Assembly: GCA_043228905.1 (NCBI GenBank)
Contig: JBHGNT010000003.1
Location: 6,014,001 to 6,078,000 of the forward strand
DNA length: 64,000 nt
Reading direction: 5' to 3'
From: Azolla caroliniana
Taxonomy: Eukaryota > Plantae > Polypodiophyta
Below, piece by piece: positions 14,102-27,500 of the stretch. The stretch's first letter is position 1, and each line of letters begins with the position of its first letter. The notes under the pieces are model-generated. The model had not been told where the DNA came from. It ran no database searches and saw only the letters and a list, made by a program, of their open reading frames with translations. The position numbers and the translations under genes are program-made.

Positions 14102-14543
14102 TGTTGAGAATCAAGCTCAACATAGCACAACGTGTGAACACACCTTTTGAGAATCTATGATTACTCAAAGGTCAAGAGTCACACCACTACTCTCTACACA
14201 TTAACTATGTGTCATAGAATAACATAACTAATGAGTTACATATTCCCCATGACTATGGGTCTTCACATTCCCCAAGAGAGAGAGAGTGGTTGTTGTAAAG
14301 TTAATGAAGAGAGAGGGTGACTCTATATAAAGCACCCTCATACTTCATACTAAGTTGGTTGTGACTCCTTGTAATGCTACATTTTCATTTCTCATTCTAC
14401 TTGTGAATATACATATTCTTCTTGAGTATTTTATTTCTCTAGCTGATCTATCTTGTGTTTCTATTCTCTTCTCTAATTCCTCTCACACATACACATAACA
14501 CACATCTCTTCCGCTACACAAGGATCATATCCGATTCTTTACA
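14102..14543 (+). repeat. Copia 5' LTR (442 bp)
   Basis: TGTTGAG...TTTACA, with TATA-like ctatataaa at ~14323. Confidence 0.95.
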
Positions 14544-14555
14544 TGGTATCAGAGC
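14544..14555 (+). promoter_or_regulatory. Primer-binding site, tRNA-iMet
   Basis: TGGTATCAGAGC immediately follows the LTR. Confidence 0.95.
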
Positions 14556-14715
14556 AATTTGGTAGCTCGATCTAGCCCACTCGCCTCATCGTGATCGTGT
14601 GTTGTGCTCTACGCCGACGTTCAAGAAGAACCGGCTCATCGTTATCGTAGTGCGACTACATAGCTCGTGTTCGAGAGAGAAGGAAAAGGGAAGAAGGCAG
14701 AAATCTACATTGACA

Positions 14716-17700
14716 ATGAATACTCAAATGGGGAGTGCTCTCCCTAGCGAGAAGTTGGATCGCAACAACTTTGCATCTTGGGAGTACAAGATGCACCAAT
14801 ACCTTGTCGGCCAAGGCTATTGGAGCTACATCAAAGCAACATAAGAAAATCGGCCCAACCCGGAAGATGCCGACTATGCAACGTGGGAGCGAGCGGCAAG
14901 CCAAGTGATGTATTGCTTGGCGGCATGTGTTCACGACCACATGCTCGGGTACATTCGAGAAGCCAAAACGCCGAAGGAAGCATTGGAGAATCTACGAAAG
15001 ATTTTCGCCGCCAACACTACCGCGAGAAAGCTTTAACTCCACAAAGAGTTGAATAATATCCAACAAAGGGATATCTCCGTCACGAGCTACACCTTGAAGA
15101 TCAAGGAGCTTTGTGATTCACTCAGCTCAATAAGCGTAAACGTGGAGGATGACGAGATGGTGCAAGTATGTCTCCGTGGCCTTGCACCATGATTCGGCGC
15201 GATGCGGACCGCCATACTAGCACGGGAGAATCCGCCCTCCTTCAATCTTCAATCCATGTTGTTGGTGGAAGAGAATCATGTTCGAACGAGGAGCAACGCC
15301 TCGGAAGGCCACATGTTCTACACGCATTCAGACGAAGGAAGAGGATGCAGCCGTGCAAGAAGAGGCCGATTCGGCGGCGGACGAGGCCCGACTTACGAAA
15401 ACAACTCGCAATTTTGACATCAAGATGGAAGCCATCGAGGAACCTTCGGAAGAAGGGGGAGCTTCCATTCCGGTCCAAACCGACAAAGCTCGGTCGAATG
15501 CAGATATTGCGGAAAAATAGGCCACCATGAAGAAGAATGCCATAAGAAGATACGCGAGTCGGCTTCCACTAGCCGACAACTCACCAACTACGCCATCAAT
15601 TCCGACTATGACGATCGCGGCGGAATGTTCGTGATGAGACATAGAACGAAATTTATGTCGGCCTCTACTTCTACTAGTGCCTCCAGTCCGGAAGACGTAT
15701 GGTTCGTCGATTTCGGTGCCTCGAACCATATGACATTGTATCAAGAATGGTTCCGAGAACTTCGTGAGCCGGACCGACCCGGCTATGTCAAAACTGGAGA
15801 CGACACTACGCACCCGATTTGGCACATCGGCAATGTTCCATTCGGAGAAGAAGGTAAGCAAACTTACATTAAAAATGTCTTGCATGTACCAACTATCACG
15901 AAGAATTTGGTCTCCGTCGGCCAAATTGTAGAGCAAGGAATGCAAGTTCGATTTAATCAAGGCGGTTGCTTCATCGAAAAAGAGGGTCGATTCATTGCTC
16001 GCAGACGAAGAGAGGGCCGAATGTTCATTCTCGACTCACACGAGATGAAATCGGCCATGTTTGCAAAGGGCATGAAAACCGATTCCGACATAGAGTTATG
16101 GCACAAGCGGATTGGCCATATCAACCTTCAAAAGATCAAGGTAATGCAATCGAAAGGAGTCGTCATCGGGCTCCCAACATTCACGGAGAAAGAGATTGAA
16201 GGCGTGTGTGCCACTTGCCAATTTGGCAAGCAACATCGGCACCCATTTCCAAAGGAGTGGAACATGAGCAAAGGTGTACTCGACGTAATTCAGTCCGATG
16301 TATGGGGTCCGGCTCAAACGGCGACATTCGGCGGATGCCGATACTATGTGACCTTCATCGACGACTTCTCTAGGCACACTTGGATCTACCCGATGTGACA
16401 AAAGAGTGAAGTGTTCGGACACTTCCAAAAATTTAAGAATGAAGTCGAGAAAGCCATGGGCCAACATGTATGATGTCTTCGGTCGGATGGAGGCAAGGAG
16501 TACTTCTCCGACGAATTTTTGGCGTTTCTACGGAAAGAAGAAATGCGGTGAGAGTTTTTGTGTCGACATACGCCACAACAAAACGGAGTGGCCGAACGCA
16601 AGAATCGGCACATCCTCGAAGTGGCACGGGCTATGCTTAACGAAAAGCACATGCCGAAATCGTATTGGGCGGAAGCAGCTAACACGACTGTCTATCTCAT
16701 GAATCGGTGTTCAACATCGGGTGTGCACGAACTTACTCCGCACGAGAAGTTCTTCGGAAAGAAGCCGGACCTATCGCATGTTCGGATATTCGGCTCCATT
16801 GCGTACATGCACATCCCCGACGAGAAGTGTCAAAAGCTTGACCCGAAGTTGGAGAAATGTATCCTCGTAGGATACTCACTGGAGCAAAAGGGGTACAAGT
16901 GCTACAACTCCTCAACTCGAAAATCTTGAGTAAGTCGAGACGTCATTTTTGACGAGTCCGCATCCTGGTAGGAACCAGAGACAAGTTAGACTCCGATTCC
17001 GCTCGACCCGGAATCCGCTGAACAAGAGATAGAGGATGAAGATCGCTTTACACGCATGTTCGAAGAAAGTCCGATCACGACCCGACTGAGCGGACCACAA
17101 GAGCCCCCGAGCGATCAAAGCATATCTCGACTGAGTCCGAAGATGGAAAAAGGGAAGGCAAAAATACTGGAGTATGAAGATGATCACTTCGACAACAACG
17201 AATCGACTCACTCCCTCGACAGTGAGTTCGAAGGCCTCGAGATCCGGACAAATGGAGCGGAGAAGACCGTAGTATCCGCAAACGAGAAGCTCCGCCGATC
17301 CACCCGTGAAAAGAACCCCGTAAGCCGATTCGGCTACAACGATTATATGGCGTACCATTACTCCTTTATGATGAAGGTCGCAACAGTACGCGAGCCAGAA
17401 ACCTTTTCCGAAGCCGCGAAGGACCCGCGATGGATCGAAGCAATGAACGAGGAGATGCGTGCACTACGCAAGAACGACACATGGGATCTCATTCCCCACT
17501 CACCACACAGGAAGGCGATCAGATGTAGATGGATCTACAAAGTGAAGTATAATGTTGACGGCTTTGTCAACCGCTACAAAGCTCAACTCGTAGCGAAAGG
17601 ATACACACAAACACATGGCGTCGACTACGAAGAAACATTTGCCCCGGTGGCAAAGATGATGACTGTGTGGACCGTAATTGCATTTGTAGTGGCTAAAGGG

Positions 17701-19053
17701 TGGCACCTCCACCAAATGGATGTCAAGAACGCCTTTCTTCAAGGCGAATTGGACGAGGAGGTGTACATGGTACAACCACCCGGCTTCGAATCGCGCATTC
17801 ATCCAAAAGCCGTATGCCAACTCAAGAAGCCTCTCTACGGCCTCAAGCAAGCACCGCGTGCTTGGCATTCGAAGATTACACACTATCTTCATCAAATTGG
17901 CTTTCAAATGTCGAAATCCGACAACTCCCTCTACGTATGCCACGACTCTAGAAGCATAATTGTCATCATCCACTACGTGGATGATCTAGTTATTGGAGGT
18001 GAGCATTTAGTCAACATCAACAAGGTGAAGTCCCTCCCCTCCAAATTCGAGATGACGGACATGAAGGAGCTTCACTACTTCCTAGGCATTGAGGTAATTC
18101 GAACTCCGGATGACATCATGATCTCCCAATGGCACTACATCCTCAACTTGTTATATAAGTTCGGGATGACTCAGTGTAAATCTGTGGCAACCCCTCTCGA
18201 TCGAAACCTTAAATTGGATGTCGACTCCGGCACAGAAGAGTGTGAGCCGACCCAATATCGTCAACTGATCGGGAGCCTCATCTATCTCACGATCACTCGA
18301 CCTGACCTTAGCTATCCAGTCGGACTCCTTAGCCAATTCATGCAAACTCCGCGAGATATCCATTTTGATTGCGCTAAGCGAGTATTACGATACGTGAGCA
18401 ACACAATGGATTACGACGTTCTTTACGCATCGGCCACAGAAATACGACTCAAAGGGTACACAGACGCGGACTAGGCAGGCTACAAAGCCGATCGACAATT
18501 GACCTTCGGATTTGTCTTCTCCCTCGGCAGCGGAGCGATTTCGTGGAGTAGCAAGAAGCAGCCTATTGTCGCTCTTTCAAGTACGGAGGCGGAATACAGG
18601 GGCGCAGCCGTAGCTGCATGTGAAGCCATGTGGCTCAAAAGGATGTCGAAGGATCTGGGCGTTCCCATCAAGGATCCAACTCCCCTTTACTGCGATAACA
18701 TGAGCAGTATATATTTGGCACGGAACCCGGTGTTCCACGCACGCACAAAGCATATTGAAGTGCACTATCACTTCATTCGAGAGCGCGTACAAGCCAGAGA
18801 TGTCGACCTTCAACACATCAATACGAATCTTCAGACGGCTGACATCTTCACCAAAGCCTTAGGAGCCGACAAGCTTCAGCAATTCATGTCAGACCTTGGA
18901 TTGACGATCCCTGACTTGCCAAGCTTGAGGGGGAGTACAAGCGAGAACCAGATACCGTCTGAACCGAGTACGAGTCGAAGCGGACACCGGAGATCGTCCG
19001 AACCGGATACCAACCGAAGCGGACATCAATCGAAAGGAACCAACCCGAGTTGA
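14716..19053 (+). pseudogene. Copia gag-pol polyprotein with multiple premature stops
   Basis: WFVDFGASNHMT (PR); LWHKRIGH and HTPQQNGVAERKNR (IN); HQMDVKNAFL and YVDDL (RT); RTKHIEVHYHFIRE (RH). Confidence 0.95.
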
Positions 19054-19066
19054 GCTTGAGGGGGAG

Positions 19067-19511
19067 TGTTGAGAATCAAGCTCAACATAACACAACGTGT
19101 GAACACACCTTTTGAGAATCTATGATTACTCAAAGGTCAAGAGTCACACCACTACTCTCTACACATTAACTATGTGTCATAGAATAACATAACTAATGAG
19201 TTACATATTCCCCATGACTATGAGTCTTCACATTCCCCAAGAGAGAGAGAGTGGTTGTTGTAAAGTTAATGAAGAGAGAGGGTGACTCTATATAAAGCAC
19301 CCTCCTCATACTTCATACTAAGTTGGTTGTGACTCCTTGTAATGCTACATTTTCATTTCTCATTCTACTTGTGAATATACATATTCTTCTTGAGTATTTT
19401 ATTTCTCTAGCTGATCTATCTTGTGTTTCTATTCTCTTCTCTAATTCCTCTCACACATACACATAACACACATTTCTTCCGCTACACAAGAATCATATCC
19501 GATTCTTTACA
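19067..19511 (+). repeat. Copia 3' LTR (445 bp), preceded by PPT GAGGGGGAG at 19058-19066
   Basis: Differs from the 5' LTR by about 4 transitions and one 3-bp indel. Confidence 0.95.
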
Positions 19512-19709
19512 CCCTGAAGCCAAAGCAAATTTATCCCAAACTTGCATACTCCTTTTAAGATTTTCTTTTGAGGCTTGTAAAACCAAAAAAGAATCATCAA
19601 CCAATGCTTGTGCCACCAATTGTCCACCAGAAGGAAGATGCAAACCCACAATATCACCACTAGTCGCAAGATTTGACAACATTACTAATAAAGGATGTGT
19701 AACAATAGC

Positions 19710-20367
19710 TTCTGAATATGTGGTAATAAGATGTTATAGATAATCAGAATTGCTTCTGAATGCGAGAGCTTACAGTGCAACTGTGGACATTTGGCATTTT
19801 GAAAGCTTGTGGGTGCATTAGATTCACAAACAAGGGCGAGGACATATATTTCAATTTTATGAGGAAAGAACTTTTTTGAAAAAGCCAACTTGTGGGAAAT
19901 GCACTAGTAGATATGATGTGAAATGTGGCATGAGCAAAAGGCAGTGCTTGACATGGAATACATTGACTTGGAATACACTGACATGGAATACAATGTTTAC
20001 AGGGTATGGCCAGATGAGAAGAAATGGAGTTTTAGCAAATCCGGTTGGAAATGCTTGTAGTCATACAACCATGGTAGATAAAGGTCAAATATATTGTGAA
20101 GCCATGGCGATGAGCGTTTATTTGTATGCTGATCAGCATGCGAGAATGGAAGAAGATGGAGGAACATTGGGTCTTAGCCAATGATCACATGAGATGGGAA
20201 GAAGAGTCATGTATGTGTGTCCACCGTTCTTTGTAGTCTTCTACTTTGAGTCTTTGAGTTTTTTATTGGCCTATCATGGCCACAACTTTTACGATGTTGT
20301 CAGACTAATCATTTTCTCATGTATGAAGAATTTATACTATTGACGAATATTGTTTTGGAAAAAAAAA
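19710..20367 (+). mobile_element. Poly(A)-tailed retroposed insert (probably a 5'-truncated LINE 3' end)
   Basis: TSD AACAATAGC at 19701-19709 and 20368-20376, A-run at 20359-20369. Removing it restores host LINE RT LFAIV|THPLLVML. Contains a 15-bp x3 repeat at ~19950-19995. Confidence 0.85.
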
Positions 20368-22156
20368 AACAATAGCAAATAACAATAGGCTTAGTGGACA
20401 TCCTTGCCGCACGGATCTAGTAAGAAACACTTTCAAAGTGACTCTGCCATTAAGCATCACACACGAGGTTGCATTTTGCCCTAGAAAAAAGATAAGTCGA
20501 TGCATACGAGGACCAAACCCCATATTATACATCACACCTGAGAGGAAAGACCAATTAACATGATCATATGCTTTTTCCAAATCTAATTGCACCATAACCA
20601 TTTCTTGATGTGAATGTCGAGCATAATCGGTAGCCATTTGAACATTCAAAGCATTATGCAATATATTTCTACCTGTAATAAAACCATATTGAGATGGATG
20701 AATAAGTTGAGGTAAGACCCTCTTAAGTCCGTTGGATAATATCTTTGCAAACACTTTGTACAACCCTCCCATCAATGAAATAGGCCTCCATTGATGAAAT
20801 GACTCTGAAGATGGTACCTTTGGTATCAATTTGATTAAGCCCACCTTCCAGCTCTTAGGCATGAAACCAGAATCCCAACATTGTTGAAACATTTGTGTGA
20901 ATGGAATCTTAAGCATGCTAGCATACTTCTTAAAAACTTCATTTGTAACACCACCCCAGCTAGGTCTTTTACCATTTGGAAGGTGTAACAATACCTTTTC
21001 CACCTCAGCTTCTTCAAAATCAGCATCCAATTCTTGACAAATATTTGTATTCATGACACTCCCAATTACATTATAAACTTTTGTCGTGCTTTCAAGACAT
21101 CCTCATTAATAATCATCTCTGTCCCAATCAAATTCTTAAAATGAGTTATACATAACTCAATAACCTTGACTGGGTTTAAAACAATGTCATCCCCTATCTT
21201 AATTTGTACCACATTTGAATGAGCATATTGTGGTCTTAATCCTTGAAAAAACATATGAGATTGTGATTGATTATCTATAAATCCCTCCTTTAATTGACGT
21301 AGTCTTGTTTGTTGATAACTTTGACAAGACAATTTCTTCACAATATCCTATACTTGAACTTGAATATCCAAAAGCTCTTTATCATGCGGATTATTCATCA
21401 ATAGTACATTGCATCGCGTAAGAATATATGAAAACTTATCAATCAATTTCTTACGTCTTTTATCATTAGTCATACCATACATACGATGAATATCATTGAT
21501 GTTTTGTAGTGTTGTATCCCATGCATGCCATCCTTTTGAAATAACTTGTTCTGAAAACATGCCAAAAATTTGTTGCATATAGGCATCAAATAAGGAATGT
21601 AATAATAAAGAAAAATTAAACCTTAAAGGAACTCGATGAAGCATTGTTTTGTACATGTCTACCTCATGTTTATTGAACTCAAAACATATGGGAAAATGAT
21701 CTGATGTCACAATCTCTTGGATAGTTGACATATTAAGCATCTCTGGCAAAAAGGACTCATCATGCATAGCATACATTCTATCTAACCTACTCCATGTTTC
21801 CTTATTGCATAGACTGAAATGTAAACCCAACCTCATCTTGATGCAATCAATTCCATACATCCAACTTCAAAACCTTTGATGCCAATTTGTCCCAAATTGC
21901 TTGCTCAAGAGAATCCATCAATGAGAATCGTGAAGTAGACTGTGAAGCATCAACACCCAGATTAAAATCACCCATTAACAAACCAACACGGCCCACTAAT
22001 AGTTGTGGATACATTGAAGACCATAACTCAATGCGTTAATTAACATTATTGGGTGCATAGATTCCTACCAACCATATCAAATCCTCAAAATACTTGATCT
22101 CCATCACCAGAAAACGTCCATATGGATCATTGTAGACTATATGTGGACAAAACGAA

Positions 22157-22888
22157 TCATGAATAATCATGAAAACCCCTAAGTAATGATGCGATAATTG
22201 TCTTGCATAATATGCGGAATATCCACACAAATGTAACACAGATCCTGCCAAATCATGACACTTATGTTCAACTGCACATAAAACATCCCATTCTTTATCA
22301 AATAAAGTTTTCCATAATATATATTTCTTATGAGGAGAAGATGCCCTCTCACATTCCATAATACCACTTTCATTTAACACCTTTGGTAAGAACTTGCCCT
22401 TCATGAATAATCATGAAAACCCCTAAGTAATGATGCGATAATTGTCTTGCATAATATGCGGAATATCCACACAAATGTAACACAGATCCTGCCAAATCAT
22501 GACACTTATGTTCAACTGCACATAAAACATCCCATTCTTTATCAAATAAAGTTTTCCATAATATATATTTCTTATGAGGAGAAGATGCCCTCTCACATTC
22601 CATAATACCACTTTCATTTAACACCTTTGGTAAGAACTTGCCCTTCATGAATAATCATGAAAACCCCTGAGTAATGATGCGATAATTGTCTTGCATAATA
22701 TGCGGAATATCCACACAAATGTAACACAGATCCTGCCAAATCATGACACTTATGTTCAACTGCACATAAAACATCCCATTCTTTATCAAATAAAGTTTTC
22801 CATAATATATATTTCTTATGAGGAGAAGATGCCCTCTCACATTCCATAATACCACTTTCATTTAACACCTTTGGTAAGAACTTGCCCT
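22157..22888. repeat. 244-bp x3 tandem repeat in the LINE endonuclease
   Basis: Units start at 22157, 22401 and 22645. One substitution seen (ccctaag vs ccctgag). Confidence 0.95.
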
Positions 22889-23082
22889 TTATGAGCAAGT
22901 GTATTCATGAATGTACTAACTACTTGTTCAAGTGTTGCATAAGTATTTGTATGTACTACATCTCCCCCACCAATATTAGGGTTTTATTGTCTAGCTCCAC
23001 GAGAACGAAGTCCTTGATTTTATTGAGGTCGTACCACCCTTCCTGAAGAATCGAATTGTAATTGATTTGACAATCTCTGATT

Positions 23083-24363
23083 TCACACTTGTTTTTGCCA
23101 AGGATTTTTCTTAAACCCCTCCTTCAATCTCAAATTATCTTTTGGTAATGCCTTACCATTAGTATTTTTTATGTCCCTTTGTATGGCAACACCCTTCCCT
23201 TTTATCTTATGCTTCACTTGATGCCACTCTCCATCTTCAACATTTGGGCCATCATTAATACATACTCCATTCTCCTCTCCAACACCTTTAACATGACCAT
23301 GAACTTTAGGATCTCCCTCTAACCCATGAGATGTTCCTTCATCCCTAACCATATCAACCATTGAGACAATATCCTTCTCAACATCTTCCTTATTTTTCCC
23401 TTTGACATTATTTTCCGGGGATAGTTCACCATCATATTGGCATTCAACCATAAAATGCCCCAATTTACCACATTTAAAACAATGTCCTGCAAAAGTTTTT
23501 GATTGAAGCTTAAAACAAAATCGACCAAATCGAGATGTATCAATACTCAACCATCCTAGAAGTTTACAACTTGTATCCCATAACATGCAAAATCTACATT
23601 TGTTCAATGAATTAATATGAGCAACCAAAACTTTACCAATTTGAGACATCAATCTTGGTAGTAAATCCCAAAAGAATGAGTTACTACAATCAACGGTCAC
23701 CCAAATTGGGCATTGTTGTTTTAATAAATCTTTATAATCCACCATTGGAACCCATTCCATCACATGCATTAATCTTCTATAAAAAAATATTGGTACTTTT
23801 GCCATCAAAGCCGTACGGTGTTTTGATGATCGAAAAACCACATCATAAAAACCTCTTGGACCCACATACACATCCTCAACGCAATTAGGCATTATGAATG
23901 AATTCAACCACTGCTTAATCCATGATACCAAAGGAAGTTTGGTAGTGAAATACAAAATAACGCCACGATCATAGAACTTGTCAAAAGTTGCTAACATAGA
24001 GTTGGTCTCCATCACGACCTCTACAACATCCTCCTCCACACAATCTTTAACATCTTTCTCATTTTTTTCCATAAAATCAGAAAGCAAAGCATTAACAAAA
24101 TCACGACTGTCAATATCATAATCATCTCCAATAACATCTTTCCCACCAAGAATAGCAGCATATGATGTTTTCTCATGTTCTGTAGAATCAATACACTTTT
24201 GCCTCTTGTAATTTTCACAACCATTATCATCACCACATCCATCAACAATCATCAACTCACTTTCTGTTGTTGTGTGAGCCATCCTAATAAAGATTGAGAG
24301 AACTAACCTGAGACGATGACAATTTTGCTTATAGCTTCTTGTAATGATAACGAAACTTGACAT
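23083..24363 (-). CDS. LINE ORF1 (DUF4283-like region plus CCHC zinc knuckle)
   Basis: 426-aa ORF with GPRGFYDVVF, PIWV and CFKCGKLGHFMVEC, directly upstream of the endonuclease remnants. Likely start is MAHTT. Confidence 0.75.
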   Translation of the reverse strand: MSSFVIITRSYKQNCHRLRLVLSIFIRMAHTTTESELMIVDGCGDDNGCENYKRQKCIDSTEHEKTSYAAILGGKDVIGDDYDIDSRDFVNALLSDFMEKNEKDVKDCVEEDVVEVVMETNSMLATFDKFYDRGVILYFTTKLPLVSWIKQWLNSFIMPNCVEDVYVGPRGFYDVVFRSSKHRTALMAKVPIFFYRRLMHVMEWVPMVDYKDLLKQQCPIWVTVDCSNSFFWDLLPRLMSQIGKVLVAHINSLNKCRFCMLWDTSCKLLGWLSIDTSRFGRFCFKLQSKTFAGHCFKCGKLGHFMVECQYDGELSPENNVKGKNKEDVEKDIVSMVDMVRDEGTSHGLEGDPKVHGHVKGVGEENGVCINDGPNVEDGEWHQVKHKIKGKGVAIQRDIKNTNGKALPKDNLRLKEGFKKNPWQKQV

Positions 24364-24449
24364 TCAAATAGTCCTTGGAAAGCCCTCTAAACAAGCTTCG
24401 CAACGATCCAAAAATCATAAAAAACGGAGTTCTTGGAATGTCATTGCAT

Positions 24450-24457
<8 letters not shown>

Positions 24458-24517
<60 letters not shown>
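24458..24517. repeat. (CT)n microsatellite
   Basis: Pure CT run. Similar runs at ~12358, ~37187, ~53909 (GA) and ~55189. Confidence 0.95.
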
Positions 24518-24519
<2 letters not shown>

Positions 24520-24599
24520 GGATTCTTGCGTTCTTGTTCTTGCTACCGCCATCACCTGTTGTTGTTGCTCCCTAAATGGGCGAAAGACGCCGAAACCCA

Positions 24600-27500
24600 C
24601 AAGAAAAAAGGTAGAGAGGAAAAAGACGCCCCCAAGGCCGAAATAGAGAAACTTAAAGTGGAAAATACCAACCTTAAAAAACAACTTAATGACATTGAGG
24701 TATCTCGGGAGGATGGTGAAATATCATGTATAGAGGATATAAAGGACGAGATTAAAAAAGTTAAGGAGGAAGTTAAAAATAACATAGAGTTAGCTAAAAC
24801 GGGTTGGTTAGACGTAGTTAAAAGAAACATTAGAAAAGAAATAAAAGATGGAAATATTTTTAATACCATCCTTAAAGAAGAGAAAATGTGTTAGGCATGA
24901 CACTTAAATGTACGTGTCACGGGGCTCAAGGAAGGTGCAGCTCCAAGCGAGGATGCACAAACACTTGGGAAAATGTTAGGGTACACAAAGGCCTTACCTA
25001 CCACTAAAGCTTGGAGGGCTTGACATGACACAAGTATAAAGAGAGCCTTAGTCCTTCAATTTAAAGGCTTAGACTCTAGAATCACTTTCTTTAAGAAGAG
25101 ATCAATTCTTCGAGGATTGGGTGGGAACCCTATCTATCTTGATGAAGACCTCATTAAGATGCAAATTGAGCATCACAAGAGTTGTATTCTAAAGAAGGGC
25201 ATTGCGCCTTTTATCGAGATGGGCGAGTGATCATAAATGATGGCACTTCTAATGGACGGCGAGTGATCGCACTAAAGCTTGGAGGGCTGGACATGACACA
25301 ACTAAGAAGAGAGCCTTAGTCCTTCAATTTAAAGGCTTTCGTTGGGAGCCCACTTTTAGACAAACCTCACGTCGACACACTACCAGGGGATTTGGAGGTG
25401 TCACAATATTGTTTCGGAGAGAGCTACATAAAAAGATAGAAATACTAAGGACAGACCCAGAAGTTGGTTTTATGTCGGTGAAAGTCTCCACAAGCAAGGA
25501 CCAGATAGTATTTTTCGTCATTTGTTACTTTCCCCCAAAAGGATCCCGTTATAAGATGGTTGGCGAGGCGATATTAGTTGATGAAGGAGTGCCACATGGG
25601 CCTTCCCCATACGAACCTCTATCAAATGACATAATCCGATATACTTCCCAAGGAGAAGTATTCCTTGTAGCAGACTTCAATGCGAGAACCCAATCCCGAC
25701 AATGCACAATATTTCAAATGAACAGAAACCTAGAAATGGTAAATGTCAATTCGTTAGACCCTAGGCACCACATGTAGATCAAAGGATCAAGGTGCGGATG
25801 ACACGAGCTTTGGCCATCATCTGCTCGAACTTGGCAGTCGACACCAAATGGTCATATATAATGGTTTAGCCAAGTGGCTAGGCTCGGAAGAGCTTACATG
25901 TTTCCCACATGGAGGAGGGGAAAGCACGGTTGATTATCTAATAGGACACCCTGAAGCTACCCACATGATTAACTCCTTCCGGGTGGCCCCATGCCCTATT
26001 GGCGCGGACCATATTTCTTATACTTTGAGCTAAAATGTGATATCTCCAACGTCACTAACTCTAGTCAACCATGCCATCACACCACAATACATTTCACATA
26101 TGAGCTCTCTGGCATATACTATCGACATGTTCAAACCCGTCTCTCCTCCCTTGATCCCTCCCTACCCTTAGAGAGCCTTAGTACTAAACTCACACACATC
26201 CTTCACTCCGCAACAGCTAGCAATTTCCCATATACAAAACATTCCAATCAAGGTAGATTAGGATCTATGCCATAAAGTAGATGGTATGATGAGGATTGTA
26301 GGGACTTACATAGACAACTTACAGTATCGCAACTCAGTGGTAGTATTACCTCAGTACAAGCTCGCAAAGAAATGCGCAAGATGACACGTTGTAACAGACG
26401 AGCATGGGAGGCATCCCAATATTGGAAACTCTACCATATGCTCATGAGTAGTGATTGCGCCACTGCATGGAAAAGACTACAGGAACCAAGACCACAAACA
26501 CCCATCGAAGATCCCGAAACCTAGCACACATATAGAGAGAGATTTTACCAAATCCTAAACCAACCACCCATTCCAATGCCTTCTACACCCCGACCTACCA
26601 TGGGGACACTTTTCACGACCTCTAAGGTCACGAAGGTCATAAAGAAATTACAACATAGGAAGTCAATGGACCACACAGGATTGCGAGTAGAACACATCAT
26701 ATATGCACGAGAGTGCCTAACTCCCTTTCTAACTCTAATCTTCAATTGTGCCCTCGCTGAGGGTTTTCCACCACAATGGACTTTGAACACAGTGGCCCCC
26801 ATACATAAAAGGGGGGACCCCATGGACCGAAATACATATAGGATCATTATGATAGGTCATACCCTTGCTAAATTATATGGTGCAGTAATGGAGACAGAGC
26901 TTAGCGATTATATGGAGACCCTAAATCTTCACGCACCTAAATAGGTTGGCTTTAGACGAGCCTTCTCAACTATTGCTCATATCTTCACACTCAAATGCTT
27001 AATTGACCAGACTAAGGCTCGCAAGAAGACATTATATTGCTATTTGGTGGACTTCCGCAAAGCCTTTGACACAATTCCTAGAGAGCGGCTGTTTGATAGA
27101 CTTAAAAGCTTGAGGATACTAGATGATATGGTTTGGGCTATCTATGCACTATATGAACAAGTGTCCGGGTGTGTTCGATGCCTAGGTGGCCTATCCGATT
27201 GTTTCACTAGCACTATTGGTGTAAAACAAGGTTGCCCCTTGTGTCACCTCACTATCTCCCATAGACCAATTGAGGTGGTTGGATCATATGTCTATTTTGT
27301 AGTCAATTTCAGGTAAATTTTCGATGACATAGACAATGAAGGATAGACTTAAGAGAGGACATGCATCCCTCTTACTCCTAAAGAGACAATGCCATCAAGC
27401 ATACTTTCAAGAGCCACAGACTAAAGGGTGGCTCTTTGACTCATTAGTGACCCCCTCCCTCATGTATGCATCAGTGGTTTGGGCTCTAGGACTACCATTT

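Larger units (their letters stand above)
14102..19511 (+). mobile_element. Full-length Ty1/copia LTR retrotransposon (coding region inactivated)
   Basis: TG...CA LTRs at 14102-14543 and 19067-19511, Met-tRNA PBS, PPT, gag-PR-IN-RT-RH order, TSD CCATG/CCCTG. It splits the LINE RT at ASG|LYINW. Confidence 0.97.
12400..24400 (-). mobile_element. Degenerate L1-like LINE, near full length and interrupted by two insertions
   Basis: ORF1 at 23083-24363; endonuclease remnants (WNVRG, GIYAPN, SRLDRMY, SDHFPI); RT (WRPISL, QLDLEKAYDHV, RQGCPLS, LVDDS); C-terminal zf-RVT (CFFC...THRFIKC). Ends are approximate. Confidence 0.9.

Noticed and set aside
24344-24684. ORFs with (LS)n, (RE)n or (YI/YV)n tracts, also at 37102-37440, 38946-39365, 53900-54139 and 55130-55333
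   Set aside because: Translations of microsatellites.
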